NCBI GenBank assembly: GCA_044223085.1
Contig: JBGAMI010000015.1
Span: forward strand, 8,207-72,206
DNA: 64,000 nt
Source: Cyclobacteriaceae bacterium
GTDB lineage: Bacteria; Bacteroidota; Bacteroidia; Cytophagales; Cyclobacteriaceae
Reading direction: 5' to 3'
The notes under the pieces are model-generated. The model was not told the origin of the DNA, did no database searches, and saw nothing but the letters and a program-made list of their open reading frames with translations. Shown piece by piece: positions 10,101 to 18,861 of the stretch (position 1 is the first letter of the stretch; every line of letters begins with the position of its first letter). The position numbers and the translations under genes are program-made.

Positions 10101-12911
10101 AATACGACCACAGCTCCCATCGTCGTTACTTATTTGTATACCACAACGGCCAACGGTTGTAGCAACGTTCCACAGGCCGTAACGGTAACTGTCAATCCGG
10201 TTCCGGTGTTGAGCAGCACGCTTACACCAGCCGCCATTTGTAGTTCCACCACATTTAGCTATACACCAACCAGTGCAACGGCTGGCGCAACATTTACCTG
10301 GAGCCGTGCCCTCGTGGCCGGTATCAGCCAGATCGCATCAAGCGGGGTAGGACCTGTGAATGAGGCACTGACCAACACAACTACCGCTCCGATTGTGGTT
10401 ACTTACATATACACCATTTCAGCAAATGGTTGCAGTGCTCCTCAAAATGTAACCGTCACGGTTAATCCGATACCAACCCTGACCAGCACATTGACACCGC
10501 CTGCGATTTGCAGTGCCGCGACCTTTACCTATACACCTACCAGCGGGGTAGTGGGGGCAACATTCTCCTGGAGCCGTGCCCTGGTAGCCGGTATCAGTCA
10601 GGCTGCTTCTGCAGGTTCAGGTTCGATCAGCGAGACGTTGACCAATACCACAACCGCACCTATTGTTGTGACCTATGTTTACATCACATCCGCCAATGGT
10701 TGCAGCAGTGCTCCTCAAAATGTGACAGTCACGGTTAATCCGATACCTGTATTGAACAGTACGTTGACACCACCTGCAATTTGTAGTGGTACCACGTTCG
10801 CCTACACGGCCACCAGTGCTACAGCCGGGGCCACCTTTGCCTGGACACGTGCCTTTGTTGCTGGTATTACGGAAGCTGCTTCCAACGGAACTGGCAATGT
10901 GAGTGAGGTATTGACGAACACTACCACTGCACCTATCATAGTGACGTACGCCTATATCACTACAGCAAACGGCTGCAGCGATCTTGCACAGAATGTCCTG
11001 GTGACCGTTAATCCAATACCAACCCTGAGCAGCACCCTGACTCCTCCGGCTATTTGCAGTGCCAGCAACTTCAGCTACACGCCAACCAGTGCAACAGCTG
11101 GTGCGACTTTCGCATGGAGCAGAGCACTGGTAGCTGGTATTAGCCAGGCGGCCACCGCAGGTACTGGCGCCGTTAACGAGACGCTTACCAACTCAACTAC
11201 GGCACCGATCGTAGTGACATATGCTTATATCACCTCAGCCAATGGCTGCAGTAACCCGCCGCAGAATGTGACGGTAACCGTGAACCCTATTCCGGCACTC
11301 AGCAGTACATTAACTCCTCCGGCTATCTGCAGTGGCACTGCATTCAGTTACACACCAACCAGTGCTACCCCAGGCGCAACTTTTGCGTGGACGCGTGCCC
11401 TTGTGGCTGGAATAAGCCAGGCAGCCGGAAGCGGAACCGGTAACGTTAGCGAAGTATTAACCAATACAACTACGGCGCCGGTTATTGTAACGTATGGCTT
11501 CACCACCACCGCCAATGGCTGTAGCCTGGTTCAGAGTGTGTTGGTGACCGTTAATCCAATACCGGTATTAAACAGTACCCTCACGCCGCCTGCAATTTGC
11601 AGCGCGACCACCTTTAATTATGCAGCTACCAGTGCAACAGGTGGTGCTACATTTGCTTGGTCGAGGGCTTTGGTGGCCGGAATTTCGCAAGGAGCATCTT
11701 CGGGTACGGGTAACGTAAGTGAAGCACTTACCAACACCACCACAGCTCCCATCGTTGTCACCTATGTTTACGTCACAACGGCTAATGGTTGTACAGGTGC
11801 GCCTCAAAATGTTACCGTTGTTGTTAATCCGATACCGGTTTTGAGCAGTACCTTAACGCCAGCCGCTATCTGTAGCGGGGCAACATTTGGCTATACACCC
11901 ACCAGTGCAACCGCGGGCGCAACTTTCGCATGGAGCCGGGCACTCGTGGCGGGTATCACCGAAGCCGCATCCAGCGGTACAGGAAATGTGAGTGAGGTGT
12001 TGACAAATACCACCACAGCTCCGATCGTCGTTACCTACATCTATACTACCTCTGCAAACTCTTGTAGCAGCAATCAGAATGTAGTGGTAACCGTGAACCC
12101 TATTCCGGTACTGAGCAGCACCTTGACGCCTCCGGCCATTTGTAGTGCGACGACATTCTCCTATACGCCAACGAGTGCAACGGCTGGAGCTACTTTTAGT
12201 TGGTCTCGGGCCACTGTAGTCGGTATTACAGAAACGGCAACTTCAGGTACTGGCGCAGTAAGTGAGATTTTGACGAATACAACGGCGGCTCCCATTGCAG
12301 TAACCTATGCCTATACCACGACTGCCAATGGATGTAATAATGCAGCACAGAATGTTGTAGTAACGGTTAATCCGACCCCCAAACTCAGCAGTGCGCTCCT
12401 GCCTCCTGCGATTTGTAGCGGATCTACCTTTAATTATACGGCAACCAGTGCAACGGCCGGTGCTACCTTCGCATGGAGCAGGGCAGTGGTGCTGGGTATT
12501 AGCCAGGCTGCTTCTTCAGGCACAGGAAATGTAAGTGAGGTGCTCACCAACACCACGACGGCACCTGTCAATGTTAACTACGCTTATATTACTACTGCGA
12601 ATGGCTGTAGCAATCCACCCCAAACGGTTACAGTTACCGTAAATCCGATCCCGGTACTGACCAGTACCCTGACGCCTCCGGCCATTTGTAGTACAGCAAC
12701 CTTTGCCTACACACCAACCAGCGCTACTGCGGGAACCACTTTCGCATGGACACGTGCGCTGGTAGCGGGAATTACCGAAGCCGCATCATCGGGTACAGGT
12801 AATATCAGTGAGACCCTCACCAATACGACGGGTTCTCCGATTGTGGTTACGTATGTTGTGACTTCAACGGCCAACAGTTGCAGCAACCCGCAGAATGTTG
12901 TAGTAACGGTT
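5872..12911 (+). repeat. In-frame tandem array of 26 modules of 89-92 codons (267-276 bp). The consensus is NPIP.LSSTLTPPAICS.TTF.YT.TSATAGATFAWTRA.VAGISQAA.SGTGNVSE.LTNTTTAP.VVTY.YTTTANGCS..PQNVTVTV.
   Basis: I counted the modules directly in the translations: 5 in the first frame (the 5th is truncated) and 21 in the second. Each module has two conserved Cys. This resembles the Bacteroidota PKD-like domain family. Confidence 0.9.
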
Positions 12912-15900
12912 AATCCGATTCCGGTCATTACACCACAAGCTGATATTTCTGTCTGCACCGGTGATTCTGTAGGACCTATTACTTTCTCGGCTAGCACCGG
13001 AGGGGGTGAGACTTTCACATGGACCAATTCCAATGCCTCCATTGGGCTTGCCGCTGCTGGATCGGGTAACATTGCTGCCTTTACTTCTCCATCGAATACC
13101 ACCAATGTTGATTTCGTAGGAAGTGTGGTAGTTACAGCAAGCAAAGCTTCCTGTACAAGCGCTACCATGACCTTTACCATCACCGTGAAACCTAAGCCTG
13201 TAGTTGCCAGCACGCTGAATGTGAGTCGTTGCAGCGGCACGGCCTATGGCATATCATTGGCGACGGATGGGGTGTCTATTGGTGCCTCTAACTATGACGT
13301 CACCGCCACCGTTCAGGTAGGGTTGACTGGTACAGCCACAACCGGTGTAGCCCTGGCTGCTGGCGCTTTGCTGAGCGACGTATTCACCAATAAAACCGCC
13401 GTTCCGCTTACAGTAACCTATCACGTAACTCCTCACGGTACAAATGGTTGCACAGGCGATCTTAAGGATATCGTGTTTACGGTTAATCCGGAACCAGTTG
13501 TCTTTGTTGGACCTGTACCTGCTGTGTGTAGCAATGAAATTACAAACATTGTATTAGGTACCGATGGTATTTCCGTGGGTGCATCTAGCTATAAAATTAC
13601 AGCCAAGACATACAGCACTGATAATGGAGTTTCTTTTGCTGGTGCTGTGCCTGCCGGATTTACAGATGCTGGAAATGCATCATTGAATTCACCGGGAACG
13701 ATCAGCCTGATTAAGAACGATAAGTTTGTAAATACCCGTTCAACCACTGTAATCGTTCGTTATACAGTCGTAGCCACCGGCCCTGCTGGCAGCGGAGGTT
13801 GCTCCGGAGCTCCAGTTGATGTTGACATCACAATCAACCCTCAGCCTACGCTGAATCCGGCACTGAGTCCGGTGGCGGTATGTAGTGGTGTCGCCTCAGG
13901 TGTGACTCTCGGTGTTGATGTGGGGTCGGTTGCGGCAGCAACCTATAATATTACCTCAATTACCTTCCCAGGCCTGACTGCCGGTCCTTCTAACGCAGGT
14001 ATTGGTACTGGAAAGGCCGCCAATGCGATTTTGGGTGATTTCTATGTAAACACAACCAATAGCCCGTTAACAGCCGTGTACAAGGTTATCCCGGTTTCCG
14101 CGGCAGGATGCGTGGGTCCCGAAGGAACCGTTACCTTGACAGTGAATCCATCACCAGATGTTGCGGATAACCTTAATAAGACCGTTTGCTCAGGATCTAT
14201 CGCTGGTATAACCCTCGCGACAAAAGCCACCAGTGTGGCCGCGGCAACTTACAATATCATCTCGAGGACAGTTACCCTGGGTCTCACAGCAGATCCGGGC
14301 AATGTTTCGGTACCTGCAAATGGTGTGGCGGCCGGATATTTTGCGAATGATAAGTTCACAAACACGACCAATGGTACCTTAATCGTTACCTATCGCGTTG
14401 AACCGGTGACTTCAGTTGGTTTGGGTAGTTGCAAAGGCCCCCAGAAGGACATTGTGTTGACGGTGGAGCCTGCCATACTGGCCAATTCGACCATCAATCA
14501 TAAGCCGGTTATTTGCAGCAGCAGTGGATCTACATCTGATCCAACCGATATAGAATTGTTGTCGCCGACAACCCCATCTTCAGGGACCATCACATTTAAT
14601 TACACCGCGGTATCAAGCATCGGTGGTCAGATATCCGGATTCGCTCCGTCCTTATCCAGCCTTGCAGCAGGTTATCACATAACAGATAACCTGGTGAACA
14701 CTTCAAACTCTGCTGCAGGAGCCACAGTTACTTATACCATCACGCCCGTTGCCGCTGGTGCAGCAGGTGGCCTGGGTTGCACAGGAACTCCGTTCCCGGT
14801 AGTCGTGCAGGTAGAACCTAAACCTAAGTTGGTGGCAACACCTACCATCAAAACTGTTTGCGAAGGCGTAAGCCCAGGTATTTCACTGACTTCACCGACG
14901 ACACCTTCTGCCGGAACGATTGAGTTCCTGCTTACCACAGTGGTTGCCACCGGGGGAGTAACAGGTGCCTCTGCAGTGAATACGGTATTCCCGAACAACT
15001 CTACCATAGCCGACATCCTCAGTAATCCCACCGCCACGGTTCAAACCGTAACCTACACCCTGAGTCCCCGGGTAAATGGTGGAGCCGGATGTATTGGCGA
15101 TGATGTTACCGTAACCATTAATGTGAACCCACGGCCAGTTCTTGTGGCCACTCCGCAAGCGCCAATTTGCTCAGGCGATCAGATAGACATTAGCCTGACG
15201 GCAGATGTGGCCAGTACGGTGGCCACCTGGACAGTAAGTGCTCCGGGTACAATTACCGGTGCTGGTCCGGGTGCGGGTGACAGGATATTCCAGGTGCTGT
15301 TTAACAGTGGAAACAATGTTGAGACAGTTACCTATACGGTGACACCTACTTCCTCCGGCTGCGCTGGAACACCTTTGGTGATTAATGTTACTGTTAACCC
15401 CAAAGCAAAAATCACGGGTGTACCGACATCACAAGTGGTTTGTCATGGCAGCTCCCTGAATGTGCCTTTGACGAGCCCAGTTGCGGGCACCACATTTACA
15501 TGGGTAGTCTCTGATCCGAGTGGTCTTGGTGTTGCGTTAGCTGGCTCTGGCAATACCATTGTACAGCCAATGACCAACACTTTGGGCTTCCAGGCAACCC
15601 TTACTTATACGATCACGCCTACAGGCCCCGGCGGATGCGTAGGTGAGGAGAAGACGATGATTGTGAATGTTTCGCCTCAGATTACGGCTGCATTCCTCAA
15701 TACACCTTCACCGGATTTCATTTGTAAAGGTTCTACCGAGTTCCTGGTATTCCAGTTTGGTGGACAACCTTTGTTCAGCTTCACCTACAACAAGGGTGGG
15801 GCAGGGATTACGCAAACCAACAAAGGAAATGTGGTTGTCATTCAGGATACCCCGCTGGTAACAACGACCTACACCATCACTTCGGTGACTGATGGATTAG

Positions 15901-17753
15901 GTTGTACACAGGCCTTTAATGTGCCATTTACGGTGAATGTGGGTGATACGGATCCTAACTATAGTATTATTACTCCTTTGGCAACCTGCAGTCCCAACCA
16001 GGTATCGTTCCAGCACAACCAGGTGGCAGGAACCATTTATACCTGGCGCTTTGGTGACTCGGCTGACTCAGTTTATACTGCAACCACAACTGTTGCCAAT
16101 AAGGTGATTAAGCATACGTATACTAACCTGAGTCCTACCAGTACGTTGACATATCCGGTAACGCTACAAACCGAGCTTCCGGCACCGTACCCAGGTTGCT
16201 TTAAAACGACCGCGCCAAAGAATATTACTATCTACCCGAACATCATTGCTAACGTGTTGCCGGATAAGTCAGAGATATGCAGTGGCGAGTCTATCCAATT
16301 CTCCAACCAAAGTGTGGGGGCCAACACCCACAACTGGTCGTACCGTGTTCAGGGACAGACAGCAGAAACTGCCATGGGTACAAGTATTAACATTGGATTT
16401 ACCTTCACGAATACAACCACCGCAAATCCGCTGATTTACGAAGTGCTTTATAGAGGTAGCAATGCGAATTGCCCGGCCCCGGCGGTGGTAATCCCTATTA
16501 AGGTATATCGCAGTCCTGTGGCCAACTTTGACGAGGGTACAGTGCCTCCGTTTGTAAATGGTCAGTCGGTTGTGACGTATTCCAATACATCAACGCCAGT
16601 AGATGGAGCTGCATTCACGTATGACTGGACTTTTGGTTCGGACTCACAGCCGAATTTGTTCTCGGGAACCACACCGGGTTCAGTGACTTATGTTCGTCCG
16701 GGAGCAAAAGATGTAACACTTACCGTAATCAACAGGCAGGCTGCATTGTGTAAGTCAACCATTAGCAAAACGATCAACATACCCTTACTGCCGCTGGTGG
16801 CCACCTTTACGGCAACTCCGGCCAAGTCTTGTTATCCTTCAAAAATCACCATCAGTCAGAGTAACATTACGGGTGACGTGATTGAATGGAAAGTGTTTGA
16901 TGATCATGCCAGGGTAGTGGCAACATCGAGTGGCTCGAACCCTGTATTTGATATCCCTACCGAAGGCCGTTATGTCATCACGCTGAAGACCAGCAGTTCG
17001 CTGACCGGACAAACCGCAACGGCTGCCAATCAGACTGTGGAAGTATATGGTAAGCCTTTTGCTTCCTTCGATGTACGCCCTGATGTAGTATATGTACCGG
17101 ACACGGAATTAAGCACATTCAATTTCAGTACGGGTGCTACAGACTACAAGTGGGACTTTGGTGATGGTGGCACCTCCGATAAGGAAGATCCGACCTACAT
17201 CTATAAGATTGAAGGTCTGTATGAAATTCGTCTCATTGCCCAGAACGACCACGGTGGTGGAGTTGTCTGCGCAGACACCCTGAAGCACAAAGTGCTTGCC
17301 AAGCAGGGCGGGGTAGCTAAAGTGCCAAACGCATTTACACCAAGTCCTTTTGGACCGAACGGTGGTAGTGTTAGTGGAGGAGGTACTGGTGGCACTGGAG
17401 GTACAGGAGGAACCGGTGGTACTGGTGGTACTGGTGGTACTGGTGGAACCGGAGGCACAGGCGGAAGCGGAGGAACTGGCTCGGGAAGTTCTGGTGTGGG
17501 TGGTAGTGGTGGAACAGGATCATTCAACGACGTGTTCCTCCCATTTGTACGTGGGGTTGAAGAGTTTAACCTCCAGATATTTGACCGTTGGGGTAACCTG
17601 ATCTTCGAATCCAACAACCAGAACATCGGTTGGGATGGATACGGCAAGGATGGACAAATTCTGCCGGCAGGAGTATACGTCTACAAGTTGACCATCCGAC
17701 TTTCTGATGGCCAGCGGTCGACGCAGATTGGTGATGTAACGATGATCCGGTAA
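7008..17753 (+). CDS. Giant adhesin, downstream reading frame (sense resumes at ~7071). It carries PKD-like/Ig-like repeats, PKD domains and a type B T9SS C-terminal sorting domain.
   Basis: It contains 21 further ~90-aa repeats, then diverged Ig-like modules. PKD motifs follow (WRFGDS, WTFGSD, WDFGDGGTSD...YEIRLIAQND). The C-terminus FNLQIFDRWGNLIFES..GWDG..LPAGVYVYKL..GDVTMIR matches the gliding-motility C-terminal domain (TIGR04131/CHU_C). The first 21 residues from the Met at 7008 are out-of-frame repeat sequence, so this is not a genuine N-terminus. Confidence 0.85.
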   Translation: MQCNDLCLYTYQCSCRCHFCVSSGTGAISETLSNTTTAPVVVTYAFTTTANGCSAPQNVTVTVNPIPVLSSSLTPPAICSATTFNYIATSATAGATFAWTRAAVAGISQAAASGTGSVSETLTNTTTAPVVVTYSYTTTANGCSNTPQNVTVTVNPIPALSSTLTPAAICSGSTFTYTATSATAGATFSWTRAVVAGISQAAAVGSGNISEVLTNTTNAPVALTYVYTTSANGCTSAPQNVVLTVNPVPSLSSTLTPPAICSATVFSYTPTSAVAGATFAWTRALVAGISQAATSGTGVVSETLTNTTTAPIAVTYAYTTTANGCSSTPQNVIVTVNPTPVLSSSLTPPAICSATTFTYTPTSATAGATFAWTRALVAGISQAAASGTGGISETLTNTTTAPIVVTYAITTTANGCSDAPQNVTVTVNPIPSLSSTLTPVGICSATTFTYTPTSAVAGATFAWTRAAVVGISQAAAAGAGSVSETLTNTTTAPVVVTYAYTTTANGCSNAPQNVTVTVNPIPALSSTLTPPAICSATTFSYTATSATAGATFSWTRAAVVGISQAASSGTGNVSEILTNTTTSPKNVTYAYITSANGCSSLVENVVVTVNPIPTLSSTLTPAGICSATTFSYTPTSAVAGATFTWTRALVAGISQVASSGSGNISETLTNTTTAPIVVTYAVTTTANGCNSTQNVTVTVNPIPVLSSTLTPPAICSGTTFAYTATSATAGATFAWTRALVAGISEAAASGTGNVSETLTNTTASPIVVTYAYTTTANGCNAPQSVTVTVNPIPVLSSTLTPPAICSATTFSYAATSATAGATFAWTRAAVAGISQAAGSGIGSVSETLTNTTSAPVVVTYAYVTSANGCSSAPQNVTVTVNPIPTLSSTLTPAAICSGTTFNYTATSATAGASFAWTRAVAAGISQGATSGTGNVSEVLTNTTTAPVSLTYVYTTTANGCVGAPQNVVLTVNPTPALSSTLTPPAICSGTTFSYTPTSATAGSTFAWTRAAVIGISQAATLGTAGVNEVLTNTTTAPIVVTYLYTTTANGCSNVPQAVTVTVNPVPVLSSTLTPAAICSSTTFSYTPTSATAGATFTWSRALVAGISQIASSGVGPVNEALTNTTTAPIVVTYIYTISANGCSAPQNVTVTVNPIPTLTSTLTPPAICSAATFTYTPTSGVVGATFSWSRALVAGISQAASAGSGSISETLTNTTTAPIVVTYVYITSANGCSSAPQNVTVTVNPIPVLNSTLTPPAICSGTTFAYTATSATAGATFAWTRAFVAGITEAASNGTGNVSEVLTNTTTAPIIVTYAYITTANGCSDLAQNVLVTVNPIPTLSSTLTPPAICSASNFSYTPTSATAGATFAWSRALVAGISQAATAGTGAVNETLTNSTTAPIVVTYAYITSANGCSNPPQNVTVTVNPIPALSSTLTPPAICSGTAFSYTPTSATPGATFAWTRALVAGISQAAGSGTGNVSEVLTNTTTAPVIVTYGFTTTANGCSLVQSVLVTVNPIPVLNSTLTPPAICSATTFNYAATSATGGATFAWSRALVAGISQGASSGTGNVSEALTNTTTAPIVVTYVYVTTANGCTGAPQNVTVVVNPIPVLSSTLTPAAICSGATFGYTPTSATAGATFAWSRALVAGITEAASSGTGNVSEVLTNTTTAPIVVTYIYTTSANSCSSNQNVVVTVNPIPVLSSTLTPPAICSATTFSYTPTSATAGATFSWSRATVVGITETATSGTGAVSEILTNTTAAPIAVTYAYTTTANGCNNAAQNVVVTVNPTPKLSSALLPPAICSGSTFNYTATSATAGATFAWSRAVVLGISQAASSGTGNVSEVLTNTTTAPVNVNYAYITTANGCSNPPQTVTVTVNPIPVLTSTLTPPAICSTATFAYTPTSATAGTTFAWTRALVAGITEAASSGTGNISETLTNTTGSPIVVTYVVTSTANSCSNPQNVVVTVNPIPVITPQADISVCTGDSVGPITFSASTGGGETFTWTNSNASIGLAAAGSGNIAAFTSPSNTTNVDFVGSVVVTASKASCTSATMTFTITVKPKPVVASTLNVSRCSGTAYGISLATDGVSIGASNYDVTATVQVGLTGTATTGVALAAGALLSDVFTNKTAVPLTVTYHVTPHGTNGCTGDLKDIVFTVNPEPVVFVGPVPAVCSNEITNIVLGTDGISVGASSYKITAKTYSTDNGVSFAGAVPAGFTDAGNASLNSPGTISLIKNDKFVNTRSTTVIVRYTVVATGPAGSGGCSGAPVDVDITINPQPTLNPALSPVAVCSGVASGVTLGVDVGSVAAATYNITSITFPGLTAGPSNAGIGTGKAANAILGDFYVNTTNSPLTAVYKVIPVSAAGCVGPEGTVTLTVNPSPDVADNLNKTVCSGSIAGITLATKATSVAAATYNIISRTVTLGLTADPGNVSVPANGVAAGYFANDKFTNTTNGTLIVTYRVEPVTSVGLGSCKGPQKDIVLTVEPAILANSTINHKPVICSSSGSTSDPTDIELLSPTTPSSGTITFNYTAVSSIGGQISGFAPSLSSLAAGYHITDNLVNTSNSAAGATVTYTITPVAAGAAGGLGCTGTPFPVVVQVEPKPKLVATPTIKTVCEGVSPGISLTSPTTPSAGTIEFLLTTVVATGGVTGASAVNTVFPNNSTIADILSNPTATVQTVTYTLSPRVNGGAGCIGDDVTVTINVNPRPVLVATPQAPICSGDQIDISLTADVASTVATWTVSAPGTITGAGPGAGDRIFQVLFNSGNNVETVTYTVTPTSSGCAGTPLVINVTVNPKAKITGVPTSQVVCHGSSLNVPLTSPVAGTTFTWVVSDPSGLGVALAGSGNTIVQPMTNTLGFQATLTYTITPTGPGGCVGEEKTMIVNVSPQITAAFLNTPSPDFICKGSTEFLVFQFGGQPLFSFTYNKGGAGITQTNKGNVVVIQDTPLVTTTYTITSVTDGLGCTQAFNVPFTVNVGDTDPNYSIITPLATCSPNQVSFQHNQVAGTIYTWRFGDSADSVYTATTTVANKVIKHTYTNLSPTSTLTYPVTLQTELPAPYPGCFKTTAPKNITIYPNIIANVLPDKSEICSGESIQFSNQSVGANTHNWSYRVQGQTAETAMGTSINIGFTFTNTTTANPLIYEVLYRGSNANCPAPAVVIPIKVYRSPVANFDEGTVPPFVNGQSVVTYSNTSTPVDGAAFTYDWTFGSDSQPNLFSGTTPGSVTYVRPGAKDVTLTVINRQAALCKSTISKTINIPLLPLVATFTATPAKSCYPSKITISQSNITGDVIEWKVFDDHARVVATSSGSNPVFDIPTEGRYVITLKTSSSLTGQTATAANQTVEVYGKPFASFDVRPDVVYVPDTELSTFNFSTGATDYKWDFGDGGTSDKEDPTYIYKIEGLYEIRLIAQNDHGGGVVCADTLKHKVLAKQGGVAKVPNAFTPSPFGPNGGSVSGGGTGGTGGTGGTGGTGGTGGTGGTGGTGGSGGTGSGSSGVGGSGGTGSFNDVFLPFVRGVEEFNLQIFDRWGNLIFESNNQNIGWDGYGKDGQILPAGVYVYKLTIRLSDGQRSTQIGDVTMIR
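17319..17750 (+). other. Type B T9SS C-terminal sorting domain (gliding-motility-associated CTD) of the giant adhesin, interrupted by the Gly-rich tract.
   Basis: KVPNAFTP...NDVFLPFVRGVEEFNLQIFDRWGNLIFESNNQNIGWDGYGKDGQILPAGVYVYKLTIRLSDGQRSTQIGDVTMIR matches the CHU_C/TIGR04131 pattern (PNAFTPNGDGIND.F...IFNRWG..VF....GWDG...G...P.GVYYY......G.VTLIR). Confidence 0.8.
17358..17522 (+). repeat. Imperfect GGN-GGN-ACN 9-nt microsatellite encoding (GGT)n/(GGS)n. It includes a perfect GGTGGTACT x3 core at ~17415-17446.
   Basis: The translation is NGGSVSGGGTGGTGGTGGTGGTGGTGGTGGTGGSGGTGSGSSGVGGSGGTGS. It sits between VPNAFTPSPFGP and FNDVFLPF of the sorting domain. Confidence 0.9.
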
Positions 17754-17764
17754 ATTTGGAGAAT

Positions 17765-18793
17765 ATGCGGAAAGGAATCCTGATTTTGTCTGTGTGGGTA
17801 TTGTGTGCGGTCAGCGCGTTGGCGCAGGATCCGCAATTCTCCCAATACTACCAGGCACCGCTATACCTGAATCCGGCCTTTGCGGGTATCACGCCGCAAC
17901 AACGGCTTACATTTAACCACCGTATTCAGTGGCCCAATCTGCCTCAGGCTTTCTCGACATTCGCTGCATCCTATGACATCTGGGTGGATGAACTTCGCAG
18001 TGGCTTTGGTGTGCTGGCAACTACTGATAAGATGGGTTCTGCCGGATGGAGAACCACCACGGCTAGTTTACTGTACAGTTTTAAAGTAAAAATCAGTGAC
18101 AAACTGGTATTCTCTCCCGGATTGAACTTCGGATACGGCATAAATGGACTGGACAGAACCAAACTAAGATTGGGTGACGGTATCGAATTCAATGGACAAT
18201 CCCTCGACCCGGCGCTCGCCGCATTGGGTAATCAGCAGTATTTTGACTTTGGCTCCGGGTTCCTTTTTTATTCAAAGTCATTGTGGTTGGGTGCGGCGTT
18301 TGCCCACATGAATAAGCCAAACTTGTCTGTGCTCAACAGCACCACGCGGTTGCCTATGAAAATAACTGTTCATGGGGGCGCTAAGATCGAGTTATTAAAC
18401 GGCCTGCGTTCCGGCTCACGGGTTTCCTATTTGACTCCTTCGTTCATCTACATGTCCCAGGGTGGGATCACCCAGTTGACCATGGGGGTAAATTATCACA
18501 TCGACCCTGTATTTGTGGGGGTGTGGTATCGCGGCAAGCCCTTTGAAAAAACGGTAGTCGGTTCTGTTCAGCAAGATGGATTGATCCTGCAGATGGGTAT
18601 GTACCTGGAAAAACTAACGGTAGGATACAGTTATGACTTCAGTACCTCCGGGCTTAGCAATGCTTCCGGCGGTGCACACGAAATTTCATTGATTTACGAA
18701 TTCAATGTTAAGCCGATTCAACGCGGTGTTAAGAAGCGCAACCGCCTCATTCCTTGCCCGACCAGTGGAAGGAAGGAGAGTTTTTGGAAGTAG
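17765..18793 (+). CDS. Type IX secretion system membrane protein, PorP/SprF family
   Basis: It has the signal peptide MRKGILILSVWVLCAVSALA followed by QDPQFSQYYQAPLYLNPAFAG, the PorP/SprF (TIGR03519) signature. It is ~340 aa with beta-barrel-like composition. The ATG lies 11 nt after the adhesin stop; the track's TTG start at 17756 is less likely. Confidence 0.85.
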   Translation: MRKGILILSVWVLCAVSALAQDPQFSQYYQAPLYLNPAFAGITPQQRLTFNHRIQWPNLPQAFSTFAASYDIWVDELRSGFGVLATTDKMGSAGWRTTTASLLYSFKVKISDKLVFSPGLNFGYGINGLDRTKLRLGDGIEFNGQSLDPALAALGNQQYFDFGSGFLFYSKSLWLGAAFAHMNKPNLSVLNSTTRLPMKITVHGGAKIELLNGLRSGSRVSYLTPSFIYMSQGGITQLTMGVNYHIDPVFVGVWYRGKPFEKTVVGSVQQDGLILQMGMYLEKLTVGYSYDFSTSGLSNASGGAHEISLIYEFNVKPIQRGVKKRNRLIPCPTSGRKESFWK

Positions 18794-18861
18794 GAATTTC
18801 CTGACCAGTTTTTGAATTCGCAACCTTTCCTGCTTTAGCTACCTCGGATAAACGGTTACCT

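Noticed and set aside
5872-12911. Could the highly periodic 7-kb region be a CRISPR array or a non-coding satellite?
   Set aside because: The period is ~270 bp and there is no short repeat/unique spacer alternation. Every unit is in-frame coding sequence with conserved residues and synonymous variation, so it is a protein repeat array.
1287-17647. Numerous 60-180-aa antisense or off-frame ORFs inside the adhesin. Examples are 3778..4275 (-), 5076..5540 (-), 12707..13240 (-), and 17201..17647 (-) with its PPVPPV repeats.
   Set aside because: They are nested within a much longer, motif-rich coding frame. They mirror its repeat structure; for example, the PPV repeat is the reverse complement of the GGT tract. 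They have no start context or family resemblance.
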